This document shows positions 18,145-26,807 of a stretch of 28,685 nt of DNA, piece by piece (positions within the stretch are counted from its first letter, which is position 1; each line of letters begins with the position of its first letter). Origin of the DNA: a virus. Its lineage: Duplodnaviria; Caudoviricetes. The stretch covers positions 1-28,685 of IMG/VR virus record IMGVR_UViG_3300044637_001165. One strand, given 5' to 3'. Position numbers and translations under genes: made by a program. Below the pieces are notes generated by a model, which saw only the letters and a program-made list of their open reading frames with translations, was not told where the DNA came from and searched no databases.

Positions 18145-18800
18145 AGATCGAATCGTGATACCCAGGCGTCTAGTGGTTGGTGGCCCACTCGTTTACCATC
18201 AGGCTGGGTCCACCAGAAAAACATCTGGTCTTGAGTTATTAGCTTATAACCAAACTGAAACAAGTACTCACACATGGCCTGGTGCTTGGCCTGTGAGTCG
18301 TGTGTCTCTAGAAATATGGTTTTAAAAAAGGTTATGTCACGGCGATGTGCTGACCATAGAACATTGTACTCATAGCCTTCTATGTCCATCTTCAGAACTG
18401 CTCTGCCCTTATAGGACTGGTGGTCATGGGTTATCTCCTCCAAAGGAATGCTTAAGATTTCAGAACCCTGACCCACCTTTGAGTTATTATTGTCATCACT
18501 GATGAGAACGGGTTTATAGTCATGGCTAACTGCACAGTTGTGAAGCACGAAACTGCTGTGGTTACCAAAACAATGGTTCAATCTTTGGTAATTTTTAGCG
18601 TTGGGTTCAACACAAATTACTTTCTCAGCTTGACCATGAAAATGGGCCATGTAGGAAAAAGTGCCCATGTGAGCACCAATGTCTACCACAAGGTGGTCCT
18701 TAAAACAACCTGGACTAAGAAAATAAGAGTTACGTGTTACAACTTCATCAAACACACTCGGGTTCCCATCACGTAAAAAATCTAAGTCGATGTTACTCAT
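18141..18800 (-). CDS. FkbM-family SAM-dependent methyltransferase
   Basis: VVDIGAHMGTFS, VICVEPN, LKMDIEGYE and IFLETH. Confidence 0.92.
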   Translation of the reverse strand: MSNIDLDFLRDGNPSVFDEVVTRNSYFLSPGCFKDHLVVDIGAHMGTFSYMAHFHGQAEKVICVEPNAKNYQRLNHCFGNHSSFVLHNCAVSHDYKPVLISDDNNNSKVGQGSEILSIPLEEITHDHQSYKGRAVLKMDIEGYEYNVLWSAHRRDITFFKTIFLETHDSQAKHQAMCEYLFQFGYKLITQDQMFFWWTQPDGKRVGHQPLDAWVSRFDL

Positions 18801-18822
18801 GTCTATCCCGCGTGATTCGCTT

Positions 18823-19950
18823 TTATTGGCCTGTTAAATCTGTGTACACCTTTATTTTCTGGACAACTTCATCGAAGGGTATTGCACTCAATACGGCACA
18901 CTGGGGCATATTAGCTGTGGGACAGTATTGAGGAAAAGAAGTTGTATATGCATGGCATGGGGCCATGTGGCAGGCGTCTCTTTTAAAGATGGGTGAATGG
19001 TTCCTGTAATATTGCACTCTAGTTTCTGGGTCAATGGGTCCCCACAATCCAACGCAGGGTATTCCTTGTGAACCAGCAATGTGCACAACCATGCTATCAG
19101 GTGCAACGCAGACCTCAGCTTGGCCAATCATGGCCCATAGCACCCTTAGATTAGGAGCTGTATAGGGTACAACATTAAAAGGGTGGTCCTTTAGCATGTC
19201 CTTGAAAACATGCGAGTGGCCTATGCCATCATAGATGGCATACCAAATGATGTCAGGGAACTTTGATGCCACATGCTTCAATAGGCTGACAGACTCATCA
19301 GGAGTCAGTGACCTCACTCGTGATGCAGCTGACAACTGAAAGATGCCCATGCGTCGGCCAAAGATTGTGTTGCTAGCTGTGGTTACCTCGTCAGGTGTAA
19401 AGCGTGGAGCCACACACTTTAAGGCTGGGTCCACCGATGAGGGATCCATTCCTATCTTGAATAGCATAGAATCCAACGGGTGGAGCTGAGGGTGGTGCTC
19501 ATCCAAATTGGCCACCACTTCAAACATAAGGTGGTGATCAAAAAGGCCAAACACTGACAAGTCCATGGGAAGTACATTCACTGACCTTATCCATGAGAAA
19601 TTTGACCAGCACTCAGCATTTCCTGGGTCAACAAGGACGTGTACTTTATAACCCATATTGTGCAGTATAAGGGTAAGAGGCCAAGTCATAACCTGGTCGC
19701 CAAAACCGCCACAACCATTGTAAACAAGAACGTTTCCACCCTCACCTTTTCTGGCCACAAAATTGGCCAGTCTGGGTTCCAGAAGCGATTGTTTGAGTAT
19801 TGACTTCTGGAAATCCTGGCTCTGTGAGAGCTTTACAAGCTGTGCTCGGCCAAAAATATAGTGACTTCCGGGCAAACCCTTAAACACTGATTGACCCGTG
19901 CTTTTGTTGAAGTGAAGTTCAACATGCTTATGAAAAGTAATGATATTCAT
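18823..19950 (-). CDS. Glycosyltransferase family 9 (ADP-heptose:LPS heptosyltransferase-like)
   Basis: NVLVYNGCGGFGDQVM, AEVCVAPDSMVVHIAGSQGIPCVGLWGP and a Cys-rich C-terminus (CHMAPC...C...C). Confidence 0.88.
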   Translation of the reverse strand: MNIITFHKHVELHFNKSTGQSVFKGLPGSHYIFGRAQLVKLSQSQDFQKSILKQSLLEPRLANFVARKGEGGNVLVYNGCGGFGDQVMTWPLTLILHNMGYKVHVLVDPGNAECWSNFSWIRSVNVLPMDLSVFGLFDHHLMFEVVANLDEHHPQLHPLDSMLFKIGMDPSSVDPALKCVAPRFTPDEVTTASNTIFGRRMGIFQLSAASRVRSLTPDESVSLLKHVASKFPDIIWYAIYDGIGHSHVFKDMLKDHPFNVVPYTAPNLRVLWAMIGQAEVCVAPDSMVVHIAGSQGIPCVGLWGPIDPETRVQYYRNHSPIFKRDACHMAPCHAYTTSFPQYCPTANMPQCAVLSAIPFDEVVQKIKVYTDLTGQ

Positions 19951-20165
19951 TGGAATAGCTTTCTTCGACCCACAACCTTGTAACCACGACTGGAAAGACG
20001 CACATCTTTGATAGTGTTGTCTTCTGTGATGTCTTGACGCATTCGAATTTCGCTGAGAGTGCCTTCTATACGTATGAATCTGCGGTGCTTAAAGGCGTCG
20101 TCCACAAACTCTGGGTCCTCAATATCAAACTTCCTATCCCTTACCTTTGTGAGGAATTCTTTCAT
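19947..20165 (-). CDS. Small hypothetical protein (72 aa)
   Basis: First gene of the GT9-FkbM-helicase unit; ATGA overlap with GT9; GTTCTT 6 nt upstream. Confidence 0.65.
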   Translation of the reverse strand: MKEFLTKVRDRKFDIEDPEFVDDAFKHRRFIRIEGTLSEIRMRQDITEDNTIKDVRLSSRGYKVVGRRKLFQ

Positions 20166-20170
20166 GAGTA

Positions 20171-20185
20171 CAAGAACTGTAGTTA
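20171..20185. promoter_or_regulatory. Back-to-back bidirectional element CAAGAACTGTAGTTA
   Basis: GTTCTT (-) lies 6 nt before ATG 20165 and TAGTTA (+) lies 7 nt before ATG 20193. 14/15 identical to the reverse complement of 27380-27394. Confidence 0.65.
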
Positions 20186-20192
20186 GAGACGT

Positions 20193-20573
20193 ATGAAACT
20201 AAAGAAACAGGCCGGACAATTTAATACGTACAGCGCAGAGCTCACCTACGGTGAAATCCTTGTGTTACGCAATGGACTTCAGAACAGCCCAGGTATGGGC
20301 CCTGAAGCTGATGAAATGCTAGAGGGTTTTAACTGGTACTTGGAGAAGATGCCAGAACCAGGTGAAGAGGGTGACAAGAAGGAAGGCACCTCTGACAGCC
20401 CTAACATGGCCAAAGATAAGGCTGATGATGCGCTGAGCCCCATGTTGCTAGAACCCGCTCCAGGACAAGAAGACACAGTGGCTGGAGAAGACGATAGGGA
20501 TGAAGAGACGCTTGCCGACAGACTGGGCGTGAATACGGAGGAAGAGGAATTGCCTGAGCCTCCCACACGCTAA
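20193..20573 (+). CDS. Hypothetical protein with acidic disordered C-terminus
   Basis: 126 aa, E/D/P-rich tail; TAATG coupling to the next gene. Confidence 0.7.
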   Translation: MKLKKQAGQFNTYSAELTYGEILVLRNGLQNSPGMGPEADEMLEGFNWYLEKMPEPGEEGDKKEGTSDSPNMAKDKADDALSPMLLEPAPGQEDTVAGEDDRDEETLADRLGVNTEEEELPEPPTR

Positions 20574-21139
20574 TGAACAGTCCGCTCATCACTGATAGCT
20601 CATTGGGCTCAGAAAGTTTTAAAGTTCTGAGCCTCAATAATGCATTGTACACTCACTCCTTGGAGGGTTTGAATGCCCACGACTCTGAAGGGGTTGTGGC
20701 CTACACCTTCACAGATTCTGGAGGCAACAGCCTGAGTGTCTATAGTCTGCTGATTGGTGGGCAAAATCAAAGTGGCACTGTACAAAAAGTCTACTTGCCT
20801 ATAAAGAGCTTTGTTCCTGTGCCAACAGTTTCTGGTCTTTTTGAGTACAGCTTTGTGGGGCTTGGGTCTGTGCCCACGGCTGAGTCCACCAGTTCAACAA
20901 ACCTTGGTTTTCAAAGTCAAGATGACTTTGATTTAGCTTTGGTAAATTTGACCTTGGAAATTAACTCAGATGCAAGTACCTCTGCAGATGAGAAAACAGC
21001 CATGACAAATCTTCTTAGCACGCTCCAGTATGGGTCCGCTGACCAAGACTACGACCAGGTGGTGAATGGAGTTACCTACACCATTCATCTCACCATCTAC
21101 ACTTCACAGGCTTACATCCTTGTATCCTATCAAAGATGA
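20573..21139 (+). CDS. Putative virion structural protein (paralogue 1 of 3)
   Basis: 188 aa, S/T-rich; N-terminal module similar to the next two genes. Confidence 0.65.
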   Translation: MNSPLITDSSLGSESFKVLSLNNALYTHSLEGLNAHDSEGVVAYTFTDSGGNSLSVYSLLIGGQNQSGTVQKVYLPIKSFVPVPTVSGLFEYSFVGLGSVPTAESTSSTNLGFQSQDDFDLALVNLTLEINSDASTSADEKTAMTNLLSTLQYGSADQDYDQVVNGVTYTIHLTIYTSQAYILVSYQR

Positions 21140-21387
21140 GTGCTACTAGCATACTAACATCTGAAGAAACGCTGTCCTTAGAGCAACGGACCTCCCAGGC
21201 CCAATCAGCTCTCGAGGAACACGTTGAGCAGAACCATGGACAAACGCACCTAGGCCTGCTGATAACCACGCCAGTCAACCCATACAAGGACAGTGCGGGC
21301 CAAAGTTGGCCATCTAGCAGTGCTAGAATTGTTGTAATACAAGTCAGTGGCGTCAAGTACTATGTGCCAGCTCAAATTGTGCCATGA
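21136..21387 (+). CDS. Putative virion structural protein (paralogue 2 of 3)
   Basis: 83 aa consisting only of the shared module (ILT...ALEEH...H...DSAGQS...KYYVPA). Confidence 0.65.
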   Translation: MSATSILTSEETLSLEQRTSQAQSALEEHVEQNHGQTHLGLLITTPVNPYKDSAGQSWPSSSARIVVIQVSGVKYYVPAQIVP

Positions 21388-22484
21388 ACTCATCTCAACT
21401 GATAACCGCCAGTGATCTGGCGTCTGTAACGGCCCAAGTAGACCTGCTGGTGGCCAACATAGAGGCGCACCGCAACTTAAGCTTGCCCGTTTCTCATGGC
21501 AACATTACAGTGGTGGATGAGGCAGTCTATGACAATAGTTCCACGCCTTTTGATGACTCACCCAATTCTCCCATAGGCAACAAGGTTGGCACAGTCACCC
21601 TTCAGATTGTGGCTAATGGCCAAATCTACAGTATACCAGCCAGTCTGTCACTGTATGGTCCGCCAAGAGTTGGCACCATAACCCAACAACTAAACACAGA
21701 GGCTTTTAGCTTTGCGCCTGAAGGAGGCACTCCGCCAAGTGTTACTGTCACGTGTGAGTTTACAGCATCACAAGCCACCGTTGTAACATGGGAAGTGTAT
21801 GTGGGCAGCGCTTGGGTTAGCATGAACGCCATCTATTACTATTTTGGTGGGGCCCAGTACTCTGGTGTGCAGTCTCACAGTTTTAAGGCCTCAACGGCCA
21901 CATTCACGTTTAAGAATGCCGATGGCTCCTCAGGCACTTCAACTGTTACGTCTGGCCTAGTTCAATACACCACACCCAGCTACACCGAACCATCCGCTCA
22001 GACAGCATCACTGACAATGGCCTTCTTTTCAAATGATACCACAGGCAAAATTACTTTGGGAAAGATAAGGCTGAAGATAGACAACTCAGCCATTGGTGGT
22101 GGAATTCGTTACTCAGGCGAATGTACCTGCACTTTGGAAGATCAGACTGGTTCTTGGATAGTGTCAGCCATTGAACATCCCTGGACTGACCTGGAGCTCA
22201 AGAGACTATTTAGGTTTAAGACATGGGCTTGCAAGCACCAAGCCTATGAAACGTCAATCTACAGAGGGTCCTTGGGACGTCAACTAGTCGAGAGGATGGG
22301 GGCCAGATTCAACGAATCTGGCCCAAAAGAAAAAGTCATCGCCATGCTTAATTCAAACATGACGATGACCCAAAGATACTCGACCTACAGGGCACTGATC
22401 AAAGAGTACTTTAAGAAGTATTGGCCTGATTGCCCCAATTCACACGTACAGAAAGAATTAGGCAACAACGATGCCAATGTATGA
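21384..22484 (+). CDS. Putative fibre/structural protein (paralogue 3) with CFI-box-CTERM-like C-terminal domain
   Basis: 366 aa: shared N-terminal module, beta-rich S/T middle, then a basic helical tail starting TGSWIVSA...ELKRLFRFK...IY...GRQLVERM. Confidence 0.6.
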   Translation: MNSSQLITASDLASVTAQVDLLVANIEAHRNLSLPVSHGNITVVDEAVYDNSSTPFDDSPNSPIGNKVGTVTLQIVANGQIYSIPASLSLYGPPRVGTITQQLNTEAFSFAPEGGTPPSVTVTCEFTASQATVVTWEVYVGSAWVSMNAIYYYFGGAQYSGVQSHSFKASTATFTFKNADGSSGTSTVTSGLVQYTTPSYTEPSAQTASLTMAFFSNDTTGKITLGKIRLKIDNSAIGGGIRYSGECTCTLEDQTGSWIVSAIEHPWTDLELKRLFRFKTWACKHQAYETSIYRGSLGRQLVERMGARFNESGPKEKVIAMLNSNMTMTQRYSTYRALIKEYFKKYWPDCPNSHVQKELGNNDANV

Positions 22485-23792
22485 GATGGCCACACGGGTA
22501 TCTGCAGTGTAACCAGCAGGCAGGGTTATCTGAACTGTCGCAGTCGGTGTAATCAACTTGGATGTCTGACCAGCCGTCTGAAATGCATCATCCACTGTGA
22601 CTGTCACGAAAGTGTTGGACGTTGTAAAGGGTGCGGGTAGAGTCAACACCAGATTGCCTGTTCTCATCATCACCAATAATTGGCCCTGGATTATCCTGAA
22701 TGTGTTAGCACCCAGCGTAAGTGTGGTCACACCAACAGTATAAGAACCAGCACCATTGACAAGAGCAGCATAACTGCCTGAAAGAGAAGTGGTTGTACCA
22801 GAGTAAGCAGTGGTGATGGTTGCAGTCGTGGAAGCGATAGACGCAGAACCACCTGCTGCACCACTGAGTCCTCTTAATCCACCGGGTGAAACACCCGCAC
22901 CAGAGGATATTGTTCCTCCACCCGCCTGGCTGTAGCCACTTGGGTTTGTGGCAGAGATCTGGTCGGTGGACGTCTTGGAAGCCACCGTAAAATAACCAGC
23001 AGTGGCAATGTAGATGACCTGACCCACAGTCATCCAACTGTTGTCACCCACATAAATAGTCACACTGCTCGTTTCACCTGGCATGGTGAAACTGGTAGTC
23101 ACCGTGGTGTAAGCAGGGCTCCCAGCACCATTGCTGCCACTGTAACCTGAAAAACCAGAGGCACCTCGTGTGCCGGAGAAGCCAGAATTTCCGGATAGGC
23201 CAGATGAGCCTGAGTAGCCAGAGGAACCTCCGCCATTTGTGGACGTGGTAGGAATCAGCAGTGAGCCTTGAACCACCGCCACAGGTCTCATAGTGATCTG
23301 TACATCAGCACAGACCTCAGCGGTTGCACTGCCAATGTTGGTCACCTTGATGATGAATTCACCCTCACCATAGAAAGTTGTTTGGCCACTGACTTCACTC
23401 AGGGTAGAAGACACTGACGTGCCTGTGGTGGCTCCGTAGGTGGATGACCACAAGACCTCAACACGTACAATGTTAGAAGGCGTTGAAGCCACAATGCCAT
23501 TCAAAACTCTCGCTTCAAAGCCAGAAGGTATGCGGTAGTTCAGCACCACTGTCGACTGTGAAGCTGACAGTGAGATACGAGGAATTGGCAGGTCAATGAT
23601 CTGCTCCTTGTTGTTGACCTCAGAGATGAGTTGGTTGATCACCTCAGCCAAGATGTTATCTCGTTCAGAAAGATTACGTGTGGCAAAAGATATAGATGTG
23701 GCTGAGTTTGCGTCTGTATTGGTAAGGTGTCTTACGTCACCGTTACCATATGGAAGCCCAGCAGCTTTTGGAAGTATGAGTGGAGTGATCAT
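22458..23792 (-). CDS. Tail-fibre-like protein with a short collagen-like (G-x-S) segment
   Basis: 444 aa, T/S/G-rich; SGYSGSSGLSGNSGFSGTRGASGFSGYSG; shares a module with the 2225-aa protein. Confidence 0.7.
   Translation of the reverse strand: MITPLILPKAAGLPYGNGDVRHLTNTDANSATSISFATRNLSERDNILAEVINQLISEVNNKEQIIDLPIPRISLSASQSTVVLNYRIPSGFEARVLNGIVASTPSNIVRVEVLWSSTYGATTGTSVSSTLSEVSGQTTFYGEGEFIIKVTNIGSATAEVCADVQITMRPVAVVQGSLLIPTTSTNGGGSSGYSGSSGLSGNSGFSGTRGASGFSGYSGSNGAGSPAYTTVTTSFTMPGETSSVTIYVGDNSWMTVGQVIYIATAGYFTVASKTSTDQISATNPSGYSQAGGGTISSGAGVSPGGLRGLSGAAGGSASIASTTATITTAYSGTTTSLSGSYAALVNGAGSYTVGVTTLTLGANTFRIIQGQLLVMMRTGNLVLTLPAPFTTSNTFVTVTVDDAFQTAGQTSKLITPTATVQITLPAGYTADTRVAISYIGIVVA
23136..23226 (-). 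repeat. Collagen-like Gly-X-Ser triplet repeat (~10 triplets)
   Basis: Read directly from the translation of 22458..23792. Confidence 0.75.
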
Positions 23793-24124
23793 GGCTTGTA
23801 GTTGTACTCGACCTTGTCCGAAAAGGACTTGTAGAGTTTGAGGTGAAAGCGAACGCGTTCATCCAAGAAAAAGTATCGCTGTACCTTTTCAACACCTTGT
23901 TTTGAACGCTTAAAATTCATCGACACTGATTTGCCTTTAATTATCTTGGGCGTGATAGAACCCACATGTCCAAGATTAACTTTGCTAAGGTTTATGACGG
24001 CTTCCTCCACAAGTCCAACAAGACAGTCATGAACCTTGTTGGCATCAACGTAGGACAACTCGCAGTCTTCCATGAACCTGCGAATTATCTTGGCCTTCGT
24101 GATAGATTTGGACTTTTTAGTCAT
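23789..24124 (-). CDS. HU/IHF-family DNA-binding protein
   Basis: ITKAKIIRRF...LSYVDANKVHDCLVGLVEEAV...KVNLGHVGSITPK...VRFHLKLYKSFSDKV follows the HU helix-helix-strand-arm pattern. Confidence 0.75.
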   Translation of the reverse strand: MTKKSKSITKAKIIRRFMEDCELSYVDANKVHDCLVGLVEEAVINLSKVNLGHVGSITPKIIKGKSVSMNFKRSKQGVEKVQRYFFLDERVRFHLKLYKSFSDKVEYNYKP

Positions 24125-24792
24125 GAGTAACTAAGGCCTAAAGTCAAAAACTGATTGAGGGCTTGAACCTGTATTGCAACGTTTATTTGACGTTGGTTTG
24201 GCTGTCTCTCAGTGGTTATGGATATCACACTGACTCTTGGTTCAAATTTTGCAATGGCTTGATTCACTTCTTGTTGCACCTGAGCTTCAAGAACAGAAGA
24301 GTCTAGTTCAAAAACCAACTTGCTAATCTGTGTGCCAAAGTCAGGATTCATCAGACGCTCACCTTTCTGTGTGAGCAACAGATTGCGCAAGTCAGAAGAT
24401 ATGACTTGGATGTCTGAACCTCCATTTAGTATCCATCGACCAACAGAGGCGTTATCTGGCAATATTGGACCACGCAGAAACCCACGGTTTACTGCCACAA
24501 CCACTGCTGAGCCCACGTCCAGGTAGATGACATTCAAGTCAGTCGTTGGAGTGGGTGACTTGAAATTTCTACCCAAGACCTTGATGACGTAGAAGCCCTT
24601 ATTGGCATAGGTGTGGCTGTAAGTGCCAGTCACAACATTGCTGGACTTAAGAGCTGAAGGGATCTCAGTGGTGGTTCCATCACCCCACTGAATAGTGCCA
24701 GTCAAATACGTGAGAGCTGGATCAGTCTCAGTGAGTGTCACTGAGACTGATACTGTTTGGCTCTTCAGTGTATGACTTGTCGTTGTCGTCAT
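24121..24792 (-). CDS. Baseplate wedge subunit gp25/gpW fused to an N-terminal PKD domain
   Basis: IQWGDGTT...SHTYANKGFYVIKV (PKD), then LRNLLLTQKGERLMNPDFGTQI..LVFE...AIAKFEPRV (GPW_gp25 signature). Confidence 0.9.
   Translation of the reverse strand: MTTTTSHTLKSQTVSVSVTLTETDPALTYLTGTIQWGDGTTTEIPSALKSSNVVTGTYSHTYANKGFYVIKVLGRNFKSPTPTTDLNVIYLDVGSAVVVAVNRGFLRGPILPDNASVGRWILNGGSDIQVISSDLRNLLLTQKGERLMNPDFGTQISKLVFELDSSVLEAQVQQEVNQAIAKFEPRVSVISITTERQPNQRQINVAIQVQALNQFLTLGLSYS
24128..24133 (-). promoter_or_regulatory. TAGTTA motif 3 nt before the HU-like ATG, inside the end of the gp25 gene
   Basis: Minus strand reads cctTAGTTActcATGA. Confidence 0.45.
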
Positions 24793-26768
24793 TTGTTCAG
24801 TCGAGTATACTTACGCCAAGCAGGCTCGTTGTCTTTATCCGATTCAAATATTGGCTTTGGACCCTGATCCTGTGCTTGCGCCTGTGGCTTTTCTGTGGAC
24901 TCTTTGATAAAGAGTGGCGTCATCTTGGTCCTCTGGTTCTCATTAAGAGGTTTCTTGGGCCCGTCCTTGGGCCCGTCCAATGCCTCCTTGCTTACCTCGA
25001 AGCCATTGCCAGCAATCATTCTTCCTTCACCGCCAATCATGATACCGTCACCCTCACGAATACGAGGAACAGACAGCACGTCAGAGGCTCTGCGGTACTT
25101 TTTCTTGGCGTGATTATCCAGATGAGAGGCTTCCACGATTGACTTGATCTTCATCATGATCTGGCTCTTTTCAGGGTCAAGGCGTGACTGAATGGTCTCA
25201 AAAATCCTCTTCAGATTATCTGGGTTGCCCTTAGCTTCGAAAGCGGGTGCTTCCATCGGTGAGGGCAAGGCCGTCATAAAGACATTGACAACATTGTCAG
25301 GCAAACGTAGGTAACGCTTGAATATAAGTTCAACCCAGGCTTCTTTCGGCAAGTTATAAGCGGCCATGACGTCAGCCAACTTGCTGAGAATATCCGCCTG
25401 AGTGGATAACAAGTCCAACTTCATCTGGTCTTCCAACCCACCAATGTCAGCCATCTTGGCTTGAATGTTGAGTGAATCAAGGTTGGTCTTGCCCTTAAGA
25501 ATAGCGTGGAAATTTCCCAACCAAGTGTACTGGGAAAGAATGGGCTTACGAATGGACCTTACCTTGCGAAGGAAGCGAATGTCTTGGGCTAGAAGTGATT
25601 TTCCAGAGGGTGCACCTCCACCACCAGAATCACCAATGCCAAACCAACTTTTTGGCATGCCAATAATGGAATAGAAAAGGTCAGTCAACAACTCAATGTC
25701 ATAGACATCAGGCACATTGGCAGTGCCTGCGAGTTTTGTGATGGTGTGCTGAAACCCCTTGGGCATTGCAACCCACAAGACTGAATCAAGAGCCCATGGG
25801 TTGTAAAAGCTCTTGAAATCAGTGGGAGCCGACATGCTGTCTGTGTCACCCCGTCCAAATGACTGCTTGCTACGAAGCATTTGCTTCCACCGCTGAACCG
25901 TACGCATTTGGTCAGCAGGGGCTTGTTCTTGTACGTCGATGTTGATCACATAACGATCAGGCTGAACCTGAGCTCTGTGCACAACCATCTGGTCCACCGC
26001 CATGCGAAGCTTCTTGTAAATTCCTTGAGCTTCATCATAGATGGCCTCACCATATTCAGATGTACGCATGCGGAACATACGACGCATGTGTAGCATGTCC
26101 CACGGGTACCAAAGGTCTTCACTGCGTCCTTGTGTCGCAGCAATGGAAGCACGTGGAATCTCTGTCGTGCCGTCAGCGGCCACAAAAATATCGTTGGCCC
26201 GTGGCTTACGATCTGACCACTTGAAGCCAATGCATTGGCGATTTTTCTCTAACCAGTAACGACGGACAGCCTTTGGATGGATGAAGTGCAGACCCAAGAC
26301 GCCTTCACCTTGAGCATACTCAATCTTCTCATAGTGGTTTCCAAGAGCAGCCAGGTACCAAACTTGAGAATTGAGAATGTCTTCAACCCCAATGAGGTCA
26401 AGCATCTCGTTGAGATCGTCTTCAAACTCAGCATCATTGCATTCAAACCAAAGTGTTCCAGGGTTGATTGGATCACGTTGGGTGGCTTCCTCAACTAACT
26501 CAGTCAGAGCCGCTGCCATCATGTCCCAGGTTCCCATTTCCTCCCAAAGATCAAGTACTTGATCCATGGATGTGGGACGCTTCATGATTGTCGCGTACTT
26601 CATCCAGGTATCTGGATTGGCCACGCGACTGGCGTCCATGAAGTCGTCTGTCAGCTCCTGGCCAGCTGACGCGGTATTTGCACGAGGAATGATCGAGCTG
26701 ACCGGGTCTCCCGAGCCAATAAAGCCCATCCGTCTCAGCAATTCTGTCCCTATGGTGCTAAATTTCAT
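24789..26768 (-). CDS. Portal (head vertex) protein, T4 gp20-type
   Basis: YGEAIYD...KKLRMAVDQMVVHRAQVQPDRYVINIDV, FYNPWALDSVLWV, ITKLAGTAN..DVYDIE, GMPKSWF and LAQDIRFLRKVRSIR match the gp20-family pattern. Confidence 0.9.
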   Translation of the reverse strand: MKFSTIGTELLRRMGFIGSGDPVSSIIPRANTASAGQELTDDFMDASRVANPDTWMKYATIMKRPTSMDQVLDLWEEMGTWDMMAAALTELVEEATQRDPINPGTLWFECNDAEFEDDLNEMLDLIGVEDILNSQVWYLAALGNHYEKIEYAQGEGVLGLHFIHPKAVRRYWLEKNRQCIGFKWSDRKPRANDIFVAADGTTEIPRASIAATQGRSEDLWYPWDMLHMRRMFRMRTSEYGEAIYDEAQGIYKKLRMAVDQMVVHRAQVQPDRYVINIDVQEQAPADQMRTVQRWKQMLRSKQSFGRGDTDSMSAPTDFKSFYNPWALDSVLWVAMPKGFQHTITKLAGTANVPDVYDIELLTDLFYSIIGMPKSWFGIGDSGGGGAPSGKSLLAQDIRFLRKVRSIRKPILSQYTWLGNFHAILKGKTNLDSLNIQAKMADIGGLEDQMKLDLLSTQADILSKLADVMAAYNLPKEAWVELIFKRYLRLPDNVVNVFMTALPSPMEAPAFEAKGNPDNLKRIFETIQSRLDPEKSQIMMKIKSIVEASHLDNHAKKKYRRASDVLSVPRIREGDGIMIGGEGRMIAGNGFEVSKEALDGPKDGPKKPLNENQRTKMTPLFIKESTEKPQAQAQDQGPKPIFESDKDNEPAWRKYTRLNK

Positions 26769-26807
26769 ATGTTCTTGTAAACTAAGGTAGAGTATGTTCT
26801 CTTAACC
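26769..26807. promoter_or_regulatory. 39-bp divergent gap with TAGTTTA (-, portal) and GTTCTT/GTTCTC (+)
   Basis: TAGTTTA lies 9 nt before the portal ATG and GTTCTC 6 nt before ATG 26808. TATGTTCT is directly repeated at 26768 and 26793. Confidence 0.45.

Noticed and set aside
351-26790. Numerous short antisense or alternate-frame ORFs inside long genes (e.g. 10496..10921, 10943..11407, 15727..16170, 24735..25142)
   Set aside because: Fully nested in better-supported genes, with no recognisable motifs or start signals.
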